A stretch of DNA of 64,000 bases from Planctomycetota bacterium (GTDB lineage: Bacteria > Planctomycetota > JAJSAM01 > JAJVHW01), in the NCBI GenBank assembly GCA_965248445.1, contig CBDFJG010000004.1, positions 480,001 through 544,000 on the forward strand. Direction: 5' to 3'. The position numbers were made by a program, and so were the translations under genes. This document shows, one piece after another, positions 18,176 through 31,714 of the stretch. Numbering within the stretch: position 1 is the first letter of the stretch; the number at the start of each line of letters is the position of its first letter. The notes under the pieces are model-generated. The model did not search any database. It was not told the origin of the DNA and worked only from the letters and a program-made list of their open reading frames with translations.

Positions 18176-18936
18176 TAGTTGACGCGCTTCCAGACGTTGC
18201 CGTCGCGGCCGAGCACTCCGAACGCGATGTTCCGGCCCCCCATGTTGCGACTGCTTCCGGGGGCGGTGAACGCATAGCCCGCCTCACGCGCCTCGATGCC
18301 GTTCGGTCCGCTACGTGCAGCGCCGTCCTGCTCCGAACCGGTGATGTCACCGGCCTGGTTGATGAAGAACGTGCGCCACCCCGACGAGCCACCCGTGGCA
18401 GGCCACGCGTACGCGCACCAGATCGTCTCCGCCAGCGTGCTGTCGATCAGCCCCGGCGCGGCCGAGACCTCGAGCGTCGTGAGAGTCAGCTCGCCGAGGG
18501 CGTCCCCGTTCGTGTTCGGCAAGAAGACGCGGTAGTGGTAGCCGCTCCGCACGACCTCGCCGTCCGCGTTCAGCGCTCCGAACGACTGCGACAACGCGGT
18601 CGGCCAGAGGACCGTGCCCCCGGCGGCGGTCCCGTCGGCAGCCGTGCGAACCGGAGTGGCGCTCGCGAGCTCCCGGAAGAACCCGAACTCGCCCGTGCCG
18701 TTACGGTCGACGTCTGCCTTGGCCGACGTCTGGAACTGGGCCTGCGCCGAGGAGATGCTCCGCAGGTGTGCGATGGCCGCCGCCTCGTTCGCCTGCAGCC
18801 GGGCCGCCATCATGTTCGGGATCGCCACCGCAGTCAGGATCGCGATCATCGCGACCACGATCATCAGCTCCACCAGTGTGAATCCCCCGGCACGCCGTCC
18901 CGTGCGCGCGCCTCGACCGCTATCGAGCCGGCTCAT
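18175..18936 (-). CDS. Prepilin-type N-terminal cleavage/methylation domain protein
   Basis: GGFTLVELMIVVAMIAILTAVAIP, ANEAAAI, SGYHY, AYAWP, GWRTFFINQAG. Confidence 0.9.
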   Translation of the reverse strand: MSRLDSGRGARTGRRAGGFTLVELMIVVAMIAILTAVAIPNMMAARLQANEAAAIAHLRSISSAQAQFQTSAKADVDRNGTGEFGFFRELASATPVRTAADGTAAGGTVLWPTALSQSFGALNADGEVVRSGYHYRVFLPNTNGDALGELTLTTLEVSAAPGLIDSTLAETIWCAYAWPATGGSSGWRTFFINQAGDITGSEQDGAARSGPNGIEAREAGYAFTAPGSSRNMGGRNIAFGVLGRDGNVWKRVN

Positions 18937-19050
18937 GTGAGTGTCTCTCTCTTTCTCTGCGTTCCCCTTGAAAGCTCTCCAACCCGGCTATCGGCAGGAC
19001 ACCGCAACCGACTTATCCGAGGCCGCCCGGTCGGCTACCGTCAGGCTCTG

Positions 19051-19914
19051 ATGGGCGAGATCGAGGCTGGCAGGGAGGCGCACGCGGGCATCGTCCTCCT
19101 CGACGGCCCCGAACTGCTCCGTCGCGGAGTCCCCACCCCGCTCCCCGGCTGGAGCGCGCACGCGCTGGAGGACGCGCCCGACGTCGTGGCTGCGATCCAC
19201 CGCGACTACGCCGCCGCCGGAGCCACCGTCCACACGACGAACACGTTCCGCACGCGTCGCGCGGTCCTCGGCGAGGACTGGGAGCGATTGGCACGCAGCG
19301 CCGTCCGCATCGCGCGGGACGCCGTCCCCGCTTCGCACCGCATTGCGGGATCGATCGCGCCGCTGCGCGACTGCTATCGCCCGGATCTGTCCCCCGCCGA
19401 CACGGATCGTGCCGCGAGCCGCGCCGAGCACCGCGCCCTCGCGCGCGTACTCGCCGCGGATGGCTGTGACCTCCTGCTCTGCGAGACATTCCCCCACGTC
19501 GGCGAAGCGCTGATCGCCGTCGAAGAGGCGCGCGCCACCGGACTCGAGACGTGGGTGTCGTTCACGCCCGGACCGGCCGCGGACTTGCTCACCCCCGGGG
19601 AGGTCAGCGCTGCGGCGTCCTCTGCCGCCGAACTCGGTGTGCGAGCCGTCCTCGTGAACTGCCTGCCCGTCGCACAAGTGCTCGAGTACGTGCGAGCGCT
19701 CGCGTCAGCCGTCGGGGACCACGTCCTGGTCGGCGCCTACGCCAACGCCGGCAGCCCGAACTCGGAGACCGGCTGGGACTCCGCACCACCGGACCTCGAG
19801 GAGTACGTGCGCGCTGCCGCTTCCTGGGTCGGGGCCGGCGCCACGATCCTCGGCGGATGCTGCGGCACGGGCCTGCGCCACACCGCCGCCGTGGCTGCCC
19901 TCTGCGAGCGCTGA
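19051..19914 (+). CDS. Homocysteine S-methyltransferase family protein
   Basis: LLDG, HRDYAAAGA, TTNTF, GSIAP, LCETF, VNC, YANAG, ILGGCCG. Confidence 0.9.
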   Translation: MGEIEAGREAHAGIVLLDGPELLRRGVPTPLPGWSAHALEDAPDVVAAIHRDYAAAGATVHTTNTFRTRRAVLGEDWERLARSAVRIARDAVPASHRIAGSIAPLRDCYRPDLSPADTDRAASRAEHRALARVLAADGCDLLLCETFPHVGEALIAVEEARATGLETWVSFTPGPAADLLTPGEVSAAASSAAELGVRAVLVNCLPVAQVLEYVRALASAVGDHVLVGAYANAGSPNSETGWDSAPPDLEEYVRAAASWVGAGATILGGCCGTGLRHTAAVAALCER

Positions 19915-19945
19915 AGAAGTTCTCGGAGCCCCTCGTTGCGGTTAG

Positions 19946-22222
<2,277 letters not shown>

Positions 22223-22225
22223 CGC

Positions 22226-22465
22226 TCAGTCTTCATCGGCGGGCCGCATCGAGACGGGCTCGCCCATCACGTGCTCGAGGACGATCCTCTGGCCCGCCCG
22301 CGGCTGACGATGGACCGACTCGTACGGCATCACCGCCAGCCTCTGCATGTCCCCGGCATCACTGTCGAGTCGGTAGATGCAGCGCCAGTTCGGCTGGCCA
22401 TGGACGGCGAACGGTTCGACGCCGAGAAGCACCCCGCGCGCCGGTCCCAACTGCATCGGCGTCAT
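22226..22465 (-). CDS. Hypothetical protein
   Basis: AGG upstream of ATG; plausible composition. Confidence 0.45.
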   Translation of the reverse strand: MTPMQLGPARGVLLGVEPFAVHGQPNWRCIYRLDSDAGDMQRLAVMPYESVHRQPRAGQRIVLEHVMGEPVSMRPADED

Positions 22466-22559
22466 CCTACGGCCTGCGGATGCGGGCCGCGGCGACTCTC
22501 CGACGTCTGCGTGCCCGAGAGCGGCTGGTTCTGTCGCCTGCTCCGGCTAGAAAGTGTGC

Positions 22560-24473
22560 ATGCACCCCGACACCCACGCGCGGGGCGGGCCAGGCTTGCA
22601 CCAGGGCGCGCCGGTCCTCCGTTCGTCCATCGCCGTGTCGGCGATCCTGATCGCGGGTCTCGCCGCAACCGGGGTCACCGCTGCGATGGCGCGGCGCCAG
22701 TTGAGCCTGGACCAACAGCTGGAGACGGAAGTCGAGGCGGCGCGGGCGGCCTCGGCGATCCGACGGCACGTCGACTCCTATCTCGAGGTGCTCTTCGGCC
22801 TGCGAAGCCTGTTCGCGGCAGGCGAGGACGTGACACGGGTCGAATTCGCGCAGTACATCGCGGCCGCCGACATCGATGCCCGATACCCGGGCATCCAGGC
22901 CATGGAGTTCACGCGCCTCGTGCAGGCCGAGGGCATCGCGGGCTTCGAGCGCTCCGTGCAGTCCGACACCACCGTGGTGAGCGCCGGATACCCATCGTTC
23001 ACGGTCCATCCAGACACCGTGCACGGCGACCGCTTCGTGGTCGACTACGTCGAGCCGTTGGCCGGCAATGAAGCCGCGTTCGGCTTCGACCTCGGCACAA
23101 ATCCGGTGCGGCGGCGCTCGGTCGAAGAGAGTCGTGACACCGGTCTTCCCGTCGCGACGTCCGGGATCCGGCTCGTGCAGGAACGCGCCGAGCAAACAGG
23201 GTTCCTGCTGATGCTCGGCGTCTACGGTCCGGGACGTCCTCCAACGGCGACCTCCGACCGACGCGCTCAGTTTCGCGGCGTGGTCAACGTCGTCTGCCGC
23301 ATGGGAGACCTCGTGGCCGGCTCGCTCGGACCACATCATGCAGTGCACATCGCCGTCTGGGACGCCGGGGACCTCGACGAGCCCTTCGACCCGGCAAACG
23401 TCGAGTTGCTCCACGACGACGACGACCGTCCGCCACCGACGCGCGCCACAGCAGGTGAAGGGGAGACACTGACGCACATCGGCGTCGGCGGAAGACGCTG
23501 GACGATCGTCGTGCGGCCCCGCGACGAGGCCGCGTCGTTCGCCTCCACCCTCTTGCCGTGGGTGCTCCTCGTCGGAGGAGTGCTCCTGACACTGGCCGCC
23601 GCCGGGCTGGCACGCTCGCTGCTCCGCGGCGAAGCGCGCGCCCTCGAGCTCGCGCGGGTCATGACCGTCGACCTCGAGCTGAATGCCGAGGCGTTGCGCG
23701 CCGCACGGGACCGCGCCGAAGCTGCCGATCGGGCGAAGAGTGTCTTTCTCGCGAACACGAGTCACGAGATGCGTACGCCGCTACACGGAATCCTCGGCGC
23801 GCAGCAACTCCTCCTGGAGACGCCGCTCGACGACACGCAACGCGAGTACGCTGAGATCACCCGCTCTTCGGCGTCGGCGCTACGCGCGGTGATCAACGAT
23901 GTCCTCGACCTGGCAAAGATCGACGCCGGGACGCTCGAGCTCGTGGCGTCCCCATTCGAGCTGCGAAGACTGCTGCACGAAGTGGTCGCGGAGATCCGGC
24001 TGCACCCCAGCGCCGCGGGACTGGAGATCACGCACGCCGTGACGACGGATGTCCCGGAGTGGCTGACAGCCGACGCTGCGCGGCTGCGCCAGGTTCTCAC
24101 CAACCTGATGGGGAACGCCGTCAAGTTCACGCACGACGGCAGTGTGACGGTGCACGCAGACGTCTGCGAGACGGAGCCGGAACAGCCAACGTTGCACCTG
24201 ACGATCTCGGACACGGGCATCGGCATCCCAGCGGAGAGGCACCGCGACATCTTCGAGCGCTTCACGCAGGTCGACTCCTCGTCCACGAGGAGCTACGGAG
24301 GCACGGGTCTCGGCCTCGCCGTCGTCACGCGCCTCGTCGAGCTCATGGGCGGCGCGATTCGCGTGGAGAGCGAGGCCGGCCGGGGGAGCGCGTTCGGCGT
24401 GTCGATTCCCGCGGTCATCGCGGCCGCACCCTCTCTTGGTCTTGGTAATGGCAACGCCGAGAAAGTCTGCTGA
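22560..24473 (+). CDS. CHASE-domain sensor histidine kinase
   Basis: TM, CHASE (YVEPLAGNEAAFGFDL), TM, FLANTSHEMRTPL, N box, DTGIGI, GGTGLGL. Confidence 0.92.
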   Translation: MHPDTHARGGPGLHQGAPVLRSSIAVSAILIAGLAATGVTAAMARRQLSLDQQLETEVEAARAASAIRRHVDSYLEVLFGLRSLFAAGEDVTRVEFAQYIAAADIDARYPGIQAMEFTRLVQAEGIAGFERSVQSDTTVVSAGYPSFTVHPDTVHGDRFVVDYVEPLAGNEAAFGFDLGTNPVRRRSVEESRDTGLPVATSGIRLVQERAEQTGFLLMLGVYGPGRPPTATSDRRAQFRGVVNVVCRMGDLVAGSLGPHHAVHIAVWDAGDLDEPFDPANVELLHDDDDRPPPTRATAGEGETLTHIGVGGRRWTIVVRPRDEAASFASTLLPWVLLVGGVLLTLAAAGLARSLLRGEARALELARVMTVDLELNAEALRAARDRAEAADRAKSVFLANTSHEMRTPLHGILGAQQLLLETPLDDTQREYAEITRSSASALRAVINDVLDLAKIDAGTLELVASPFELRRLLHEVVAEIRLHPSAAGLEITHAVTTDVPEWLTADAARLRQVLTNLMGNAVKFTHDGSVTVHADVCETEPEQPTLHLTISDTGIGIPAERHRDIFERFTQVDSSSTRSYGGTGLGLAVVTRLVELMGGAIRVESEAGRGSAFGVSIPAVIAAAPSLGLGNGNAEKVC

Positions 24474-24882
24474 TGATCTCCGCTCGTTGAGAATCCTCGT
24501 CGCCGAGGACAGTGCGGTCAACCGGCTGCTCGTCGAGCGCTGGCTCGTCGCGCAGGGAAACGAGGTGGTGACGGTCGAGAACGGTCGCCTCGCCGTCGAA
24601 GCGGTGAACACCGGTCGCTTCGACCTGGTGCTGATGGACATCCAGATGCCGGAGTTGGACGGTGTCGAAGCGACGGCCGAGATCCGTCGCAACGAGGATC
24701 CGGACCGCCGACTCCCGATCATTGCTCTCACGGCGCACGCGATGGGGGGTGACGCCGAACGGTTCCGGAGGGCCGGAATGGACGCTCACCTGCCGAAACC
24801 GTTCGAGGTCGACGAACTGACCGCACTCATCGACAAGTTGCTCGTCCAGCCGCGCGAGGGTGCGCGGCCTCCGCCCGAGTAG
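24448..24882 (+). CDS. Response regulator receiver domain
   Basis: ILVAEDSAVN, DLVLMDIQMPELDG, IIALTA, AGMD...KP; of the hybrid-kinase type. Confidence 0.88.
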   Translation: MATPRKSADDLRSLRILVAEDSAVNRLLVERWLVAQGNEVVTVENGRLAVEAVNTGRFDLVLMDIQMPELDGVEATAEIRRNEDPDRRLPIIALTAHAMGGDAERFRRAGMDAHLPKPFEVDELTALIDKLLVQPREGARPPPE

Positions 24883-24957
24883 GCCGTGCCCGCCCCGCTG
24901 TGCGAAACGCCGTTCGCGGGTACCCTGAGTGGAAGGGGCAGAGTTCGGGAGGCGGCA

Positions 24958-26907
24958 ATGGGGACCCGCGCGAGGACAGTTGCGCTCGCGGTCGCGCTGC
25001 TTGCACTCGGCGTGCCGGCGACTTCGCTCACGGTGCAAGCCGAGCAGTTGCCGGAGCCGCCACCGGGCAACCCGCCGCAGCAGAATCCCCCCGCCGGCAA
25101 CCCGATCATCTTCGTCAAGCACGCGCAAACGAACGCGGTGGCGCTCGTCCCCAACGGCCCGGCTGCAGACCCGCTGGCGTTCTACCGCAACGCGATCGGC
25201 TTCCCGACTCCGGGCTTCCAGAACCTCGGCGGCAACCTGTTCCGCTGGGATCCGGGCGGAGCGGTCACGAACCTGACGAACCGGAACGAGGCCGCCGTCC
25301 GCAACCCGGACATCTCCTTCGACGGCAACTACGTGCTGTTCGCGATGAAGATCGGTCTGCTCGGCAAGTGGCAGATCTACGAGATGGGCGTCGACGGCAC
25401 GCGTGAGCGTCTCGTGAGCCGCGACGCGTCGCACAACGACCTCGACCCCGCGTACCTGCCGGACGGCCGCATCGTGTTCACGTCGGACCGGCAACGGTTC
25501 ATCGACCCGTACACGGAGTGGCCGTCCGCGCAGCTCCACCTCATGGACGCGGACGGAACCAACATCGTCCAGCTCTCCAGCAATCCCGGCGGTGAATTCT
25601 CCCCCACGCTCACCTCCACCGGGCTGGTCAGCTTCACGCGCTGGGACGTGAAGCTCTCCGGCGTGCGGCCGCCAAACCCGGTCGATGTGAGCCGCTTCCA
25701 GCTCTGGACGATGACACCCGACGGCGAGAACGACGGGCACCCGTCATTCGGCGCGCACTCCCGCGCCGACTTCGCAGGCGGCTATCTGCAAGCGCGCGAG
25801 ATGCCCGACGGCTCGGACCGCTTCGTCGCCACGATCTCGAACGACCCGTTCCTGAACGGTGCGGGAGCACTCGTGTTCCTCTCACTGGCCGGCGACCAAG
25901 ACCAGCACGCTCCCGCGTTCATCACCGACGAACTCGCCTTCACCAAGTTCGGCCCCCAGGAACGCTGGCGCGACCCGTTCCCGACGTCGCAGGGTGATCT
26001 GCTCGCCAGCCGCGCCGCGCCGGTCACGATCCAATTCGCTACCGGACTCACCGTCGCGCCCGCCCCGAACTTTGGCATCGTGCGCGTCAACCTCGACGGA
26101 AGCGGCGCGCAGCTCGTCTACGACGACCCGAACTTCTCCGAGTGGGAGCCCGTCGAAGTCGCGCCGCGCACCGCTCCGCCCGTGCTCGGAACGACGCGCG
26201 ACACGTCCGCCGACTCCGGCGTGCTGAACGCGCTCGACGTGATCCTGCGCGGCGCGAACCCGAGTGTCCCCACCCCGGACTTCCAGCAACTGCTCCCCGA
26301 CGAACCCGGATTGAAGGTCCGCGTCTACCAGGCGGCCCGCGTCGCACGGGACCGTGCACGGATCTTCGACGCGTACACCAAAGCGACGCCCGTCGTGCTC
26401 GGAGACGCGCGCGTCCGAGAGGACGGTTCGTTCGCCGCGCGCTTGCGCGCCAACATCCCGATCTCGTGAGAAGTGCGCGACGCCGCCGGTCGCCTGCTCG
26501 TGAAAGAACGCTTCTGGAACCAGGTGCTCCCCGGACAGACGCAGACGTGCGGCGGGTGCCACGCACCGCACTCGGGACTGCAAGGACGCACGTCGAACGT
26601 CGCGATCGCGGCGCCGACCGAGCTGGTGAGTGTGGATCCGCGAATCCAGATGGCCGGCACGGCGATCGACGCCACGACCGACGTGCTCGAAGACGCGCGG
26701 GGACACATCGCGGCGTTGCTGGCCACCGGCCGGCCCGCACGAGGCATGGAGAAACGCCTGGCGCGCGCCGAGCGGCTCGTGCGCCGCGGCGCGCGACGCC
26801 TCGAGCGCGGCCGTCCGAAGAAAGCGATCCGCCTGGCCGAGATCGCCGGCCGGCGCGGCCTCGCGCTGCGCCGCCGGGTGCTGCGCGTCCTCGCACCCGC
26901 CGAGTAG
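24958..26907 (+). pseudogene. HzsA-like beta-propeller / c-type heme protein with in-frame TGA at 26467-26469
   Basis: Signal peptide, DPAYLPDGRIVFTSDR, VREDGSFAARLRANIPIS*EVRD...QVLPGQTQTCGGCH; same frame on both sides of the stop. Confidence 0.8.
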
Positions 26908-26970
26908 CGCGGAGCGCTCCGGCTCAGGAACTGCGTCGCGTAGAATGGCGTCCCACAGGTGGGAGGCTCG

Positions 26971-28899
26971 ATGAAGACACTCGTGCTCGCGGCGGCGCTC
27001 ATTGCAGGGATGCTCGTTCCGGCGATCGCCGACCAGGGCGACGGACCTGTCGCGGTCGCCGTCAAGCGTCTGCTCACGGCGGACGACCCCGCGATCGCCC
27101 GAGCGCTCGCGTCGATGAGCCCATCCGAGCGCCAGGCAGCCGCCATCGTGCTGGGACGACGCAAGGCTGCGACGCCTGCCCAGGTGGACGAACTCGTCCT
27201 CGCGACGGGTGACGATCTGCTCAACGTGCGGATGGCGGCGACGCGTGCCCTCGGCGAACTCGGCGACGCCGCGCTCCCCGGCGCGGCCCGGCTCGAACGG
27301 CTGGCGAGTTGGGCAACGGTCGTCGAGCAGCGCCACGAGGCCGCACTCGCCCTCGCGCGCATCCCGGCCGCTCGGGAGAACCTACTGCGGCTCTTCCTTG
27401 ACGACGGCATGCGCAAGAAGACCACCGCGGGGCTGGCGACACTCGGCACCGAGGGCCGCACGGCTCTAGTCTTGCTGTCGGATACACCGCAGTGGCGCAT
27501 CCGGGTCGAGGCGACCGCGGTCCTCCCCGACACGAAGGACGCGGATACGAACGCGGAGGTCGCTGCCGCACTCGGTCGCCGGTTGCGCGACGAGAGTTCC
27601 GCGGTCCGCGTGGCGGCGCTGATCGCGCTCCCGCGAATCGACGGAAGCGGCATGCTCACGGCGGAAGACGTGGCCCGCGTTTTCACTGCCGAAGTCAGCG
27701 AACACGAGCGCCACGCACTGCTTGCGGCGCTGGCATCGGGCAGTAACCCCGAGGGTTCGGCCGAGCCGGATCTCGTCATCGCCGCCGCCCTTCGTTCGCT
27801 CGAGAGCGGATCCACGCGCGACCGTCTTACCGGTGTTCGCCTCGTATTCGTAGCCGGCACGACCGAGGAACGAGCGCTCCTGGCACTGGCGCGGATCGCG
27901 CTCTCCGACGACGTCGCATCCGCATGTGAGGCAGCTGCCTGCCTGCGGCACCTCGGCGCCAAGCGTTCCCTGCCTGCGGCGGTTGCCGACGCGCTCCGCC
28001 CGGCGACCGGTCACGCACGCGCGCGCGTCGCGTGCGAGGCCGCGGCCGCGCTGGCGCTCGGAGGCCACGACGGGCCGGAACTGGCTCCGGCGCTCGCACG
28101 ACTGGTGTACGCGGAAGACTGGAGCGGCTCAGGGGCAAGGCCTTTCGTGTTCGCGCGGCAACGCAATCTGCGCGCCGGCGGAGGGCGGTTCGCGCTGCCG
28201 GCCGTGCCGCTCCTCCCGTTCGCCGACATCGCACGGCTGCTGCGCCCGCACCCGGATGCCGCGGCGGATGCGCTCACGCCGTACGTCTCCGGTAACTACG
28301 CACCCACACGTGCAAGCGCCGCGTGGCTGGCCGCGGACATCTGCCCGGCCGAGCGAGCGCGAGCGCTCCTGGCTCCGCTTCTCGACGACCCGGACACGTC
28401 TGTTCGCATCGTCGCAGGAGTCCGGCTCGCGCAGCTCGACGCGCACACGGACCGCATCGCACGCATGTTCGTCGAGATCCTGCTAGACGACGGACTCATC
28501 GAGGATCCGGTGATCCGCGCTGACGGATTGACCGACGATCTCGTCTTTGACGACGAGATGATCGCCGCGATTGCACGCGACCTGCACGCAACGGTGCGGG
28601 CGCTGGTCGCGGCTCACGCTGCGAGAGCCACGGTCGCAGGAGTCGGAGCGGACGTGTCCGTCACGTGGCAAACACCGTCCGGCGATCACCACGTGCGCGC
28701 GATTCTGAAGGCTCTCGGTCCACCGTCACACCTTCTGCTCGTCAACGAGATACTCGAGGGCGGAGTCGTCGAGCGTCACGTGGCGCGCAACCTGCTCGGC
28801 GCCATCACTGAACTGAGTACTCAGGCCATCGATCGCCTGGAAGGACTGCGGGATCACCCCGACGTCGGGATCTTCGCACGCCAACTCGTCGGAGACTGA
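26971..28899 (+). CDS. Secreted HEAT-repeat protein
   Basis: Signal peptide; VRMAATRALGELG, VRVAALIAL and LDDPDTSVRI repeats. Confidence 0.8.
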   Translation: MKTLVLAAALIAGMLVPAIADQGDGPVAVAVKRLLTADDPAIARALASMSPSERQAAAIVLGRRKAATPAQVDELVLATGDDLLNVRMAATRALGELGDAALPGAARLERLASWATVVEQRHEAALALARIPAARENLLRLFLDDGMRKKTTAGLATLGTEGRTALVLLSDTPQWRIRVEATAVLPDTKDADTNAEVAAALGRRLRDESSAVRVAALIALPRIDGSGMLTAEDVARVFTAEVSEHERHALLAALASGSNPEGSAEPDLVIAAALRSLESGSTRDRLTGVRLVFVAGTTEERALLALARIALSDDVASACEAAACLRHLGAKRSLPAAVADALRPATGHARARVACEAAAALALGGHDGPELAPALARLVYAEDWSGSGARPFVFARQRNLRAGGGRFALPAVPLLPFADIARLLRPHPDAAADALTPYVSGNYAPTRASAAWLAADICPAERARALLAPLLDDPDTSVRIVAGVRLAQLDAHTDRIARMFVEILLDDGLIEDPVIRADGLTDDLVFDDEMIAAIARDLHATVRALVAAHAARATVAGVGADVSVTWQTPSGDHHVRAILKALGPPSHLLLVNEILEGGVVERHVARNLLGAITELSTQAIDRLEGLRDHPDVGIFARQLVGD

Positions 28900-29023
28900 G
28901 GCGCCGCGCCCGGTATCGTGTGGGTGTGGCCGAGCAACCAACTGAGAACCGGGTGGTCTTCGACGTGAAGCTCCACTTCGAGGTTCAAGAAGGCCAAGGA
29001 CGACCAGGCCGAGTGCTGGGAGT

Positions 29024-29953
29024 TTGAGTAGCCGGGTGAGTCTCCACTGCGTGGCCGTCCTGTTCGCCGTGGCCCTGTCCGGTACCGCGTGCGGACCGAA
29101 GCAGCCACCGGCCGACGGAGCGCCGCCCCCGCATGTCACGGTGGACGAGCCGGCGCCGCAGCCGCCGCCCCGTCGCAAGCGAAGCCTCCGCATCCGCGTC
29201 GTGGATGAAGACGGCTCTCCCACCGGCGAGCGCTACGTGCGCGTGTGGTGGGGAGAGGGCCGTGACGCGAAGCACGGGACGCCCTTGTCGTTCGAGCGGG
29301 GCGAAGACGGCGCGATGTTGCTCGAGGGACTGCCGGCCGTGCCGCTCACGATGTGCGCGATGTCCGGCAGCTTCGTCGTGCCGACCACCGGCATGCCCCG
29401 CGTGGTCGTCGCCGCGGACACCAAGGAGGTTGTGCTGACTCTCGACGAAGGCACGACGCGCACGTTCCGCGTTCTTGGCTGGTCGGCCGGGAGGTCGGGC
29501 GCTGTGTACATGGCAGCTGTAGAGGACCTAGAGCCGTCACAGCACTCGGTCGAGGACGACGGCACCGTGCGCGTCGAAGGACTGCACCCCGGCGCGACGT
29601 ACAACATCTACATCCGCGATCACGAGACCCACGACGCCGTGCTCGTCAGCGGCCTCGAGTTCGCCGCGTCGTGGCCCGACGTCGAACTGGCTCGCGGCAA
29701 GACGGTCACCGGTCGCGTGCTGCTGCCCGTTCGCTGCGAGTCGCCGAGCGTCGCGCTGCTCGTGGACCGGGCCGTCATGATCGAGGGCCGTGTGACGGAC
29801 GACAGCGACGAGTTCACGGTCCCGGCGGTGCCACCGGGGACCTACACGCTCGTGGCCTACGCGGTGCACGACGGCAGCTACCTCTCGGGTACTGCGGAGG
29901 TCACGGCCGGCGGCAGCGCCACGATCGACCTGCGTCCCGAAGACGAGCGATAG
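29024..29953 (+). CDS. Lipoprotein with carboxypeptidase-regulatory-like (SpaA/CnaB-type) domains
   Basis: GTAC lipobox; IRVVDEDGSP, VTGRVLLP, FTVPAVPPGTYTL. Confidence 0.65.
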   Translation: MSSRVSLHCVAVLFAVALSGTACGPKQPPADGAPPPHVTVDEPAPQPPPRRKRSLRIRVVDEDGSPTGERYVRVWWGEGRDAKHGTPLSFERGEDGAMLLEGLPAVPLTMCAMSGSFVVPTTGMPRVVVAADTKEVVLTLDEGTTRTFRVLGWSAGRSGAVYMAAVEDLEPSQHSVEDDGTVRVEGLHPGATYNIYIRDHETHDAVLVSGLEFAASWPDVELARGKTVTGRVLLPVRCESPSVALLVDRAVMIEGRVTDDSDEFTVPAVPPGTYTLVAYAVHDGSYLSGTAEVTAGGSATIDLRPEDER

Positions 29954-29963
29954 ACGGCCTGCA

Positions 29964-31661
29964 CTATCGCGAGAGTTGTTCGAACCTGCTATGCAGCCGG
30001 TCCGCCTCCGCGGTGTCGCCCCGCGCGCGCAGCGTGTCGGACAGCCACAGGTACGGTGGTGCATACCGCGGCTCGAGAGCGATCGCCGCGCGCATCTCGC
30101 TCTCGGCGTCGGCGGCGCGGCCCAGTTGCTGGAAACCGAGGGCCAAGTGATAGCGCGCCTGCCCGTCGTCCTCGAGCACCAGCGAGCGCGCAAGCGAGTC
30201 GACGGATTCGGCAGCACGGCCCGCGGCGCCGTACGCCGTCCCGATCGCCGCGAGGAGTCCTGCGCGCTCGTAGTCGGACACACCGGGACTCCGGTCCGCG
30301 GCGCGGAGCGCCGCGAGCAGGTACGGCAGCGATTCCTCGAATTGGCCCTCCCTCTGCACGGCGGTGCCGAACCCGTGCAGCGCACCGTAGCTCGACGGGA
30401 AGTCCTGGAGCATCGCGCCCCAGAGCGCGCGGTCGTTGCGCCACACACGGTGCCGCCGCCACGTCAGCGTGCCGAGAGCCAGCGCCGTCAGTGCGAGCAA
30501 GACGCCGAGCGCACGCCGGTCTCCGATCCCCGCCCACCGCGCCGCGGCGACCGCTGCAACCGCGATCGCGAGCGCCGCGCCTGGAAGAGCCATGTATGTG
30601 AAGCGTTCGGCCATGAAAACCGGGATCGCGACGAGCCCGATCGTCGGCGCCAGCGCAGCGACGGTCCACGCGAGGCCGACGGAGAGGGTCCGCTCGCGCG
30701 TGCGGCCCCACCACGCAGCGGCAGCAAGTGACAGTAGAACCAAGGCGCCCGCCCAACCACGCAGGACCGACGCGCGTGTGACGGGTTCGATGACTCCGCG
30801 ATAGTCCGCACACAGCGGATCGGGCACGAACGCCAGCCGCGCGTAGTGGAGTAACGCCGCGAGGCCGCTCGCAACGCCCTTGATGCGCGAGCCGCCGGCA
30901 GGCTGCGCATAGTCGTCGATCGCTCCGAACACGCCGAACCGCAGCGCTGCGAACACCACTGCGGCGACGACGAGTGCCATAGCCGCGCCGCGTCGTCTGC
31001 TCACGGCGTCGCGCAGAGAAGCGGACGATGCCGTTACGGCGTCGGTGCCCCACCACGCGAGCGGCGCAAGGGCGAGGAACACGAGCGCCGACTCCTTGGC
31101 GAGCAGCGCCAGCAGGAGCAGCATTCCCGCGGCAACCGCACGTCCGGCACCACGTCCACGGACGGTCAGCACCAGCGCACCCAATCCGAGTGCGGTGCAC
31201 TGCACGTCCTCGCGGAATGCCACCGCGTCCACCGCCTCGGTCGCGAGCGGGTGCAGGCCGAACAACAACGCCGCCGCCCCGGCCACGCGCACGCTGCCGG
31301 ACAGGCACGAGAACAGCCTCACGACGAGAACGCATGCGAGCACGTGCCAGAGCAGATTCTGCAGGTGGAACGCGAGCGGGGCGCCGCCGCCGACCTGCCA
31401 GTCGAACATGTAGCTCGCCGTCACGAACGGGCGCCACGTGGCCTCCCCCGAGAGTGCGAAGTACTCCGCCGAGAACAGGCGCGTGAACAGCGAGGGCTGT
31501 GAGAGCAGGCCGGACGCGCCCTCGATCACGAAGTGGTCGTCGAACGCGAAGCCGTTCCCGAGGGACGGCAGATAGACAACCCCCACGATGGCCGCGACGA
31601 CGCCGGCGGTGATCCGCCAGCGCTCTTGTGTGTCCCCAGTCCGGTCCTGTTCGGTCTGCAT
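29964..31661 (-). CDS. TMTC-like GT-C glycosyltransferase with TPRs
   Basis: FAFDD, WRP, HPLATEAV, LAKES, AERFTY, WRND; C-terminal TPRs. Confidence 0.85.
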   Translation of the reverse strand: MQTEQDRTGDTQERWRITAGVVAAIVGVVYLPSLGNGFAFDDHFVIEGASGLLSQPSLFTRLFSAEYFALSGEATWRPFVTASYMFDWQVGGGAPLAFHLQNLLWHVLACVLVVRLFSCLSGSVRVAGAAALLFGLHPLATEAVDAVAFREDVQCTALGLGALVLTVRGRGAGRAVAAGMLLLLALLAKESALVFLALAPLAWWGTDAVTASSASLRDAVSRRRGAAMALVVAAVVFAALRFGVFGAIDDYAQPAGGSRIKGVASGLAALLHYARLAFVPDPLCADYRGVIEPVTRASVLRGWAGALVLLSLAAAAWWGRTRERTLSVGLAWTVAALAPTIGLVAIPVFMAERFTYMALPGAALAIAVAAVAAARWAGIGDRRALGVLLALTALALGTLTWRRHRVWRNDRALWGAMLQDFPSSYGALHGFGTAVQREGQFEESLPYLLAALRAADRSPGVSDYERAGLLAAIGTAYGAAGRAAESVDSLARSLVLEDDGQARYHLALGFQQLGRAADAESEMRAAIALEPRYAPPYLWLSDTLRARGDTAEADRLHSRFEQLSR

Positions 31662-31714
31662 TCCGGCGCACGACCCTACCGTCGTTCGGGTTGTCGCCGG
31701 CAACTGAGCAGCAC

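Noticed and set aside
26467..26469. Selenocysteine readthrough
   Set aside because: The position fits an aromatic residue rather than Cys; no redox motif or evident SECIS.
24958..26907. Anammox hydrazine synthase
   Set aside because: No hzsB/hzsC neighbours; only the domain architecture is similar.
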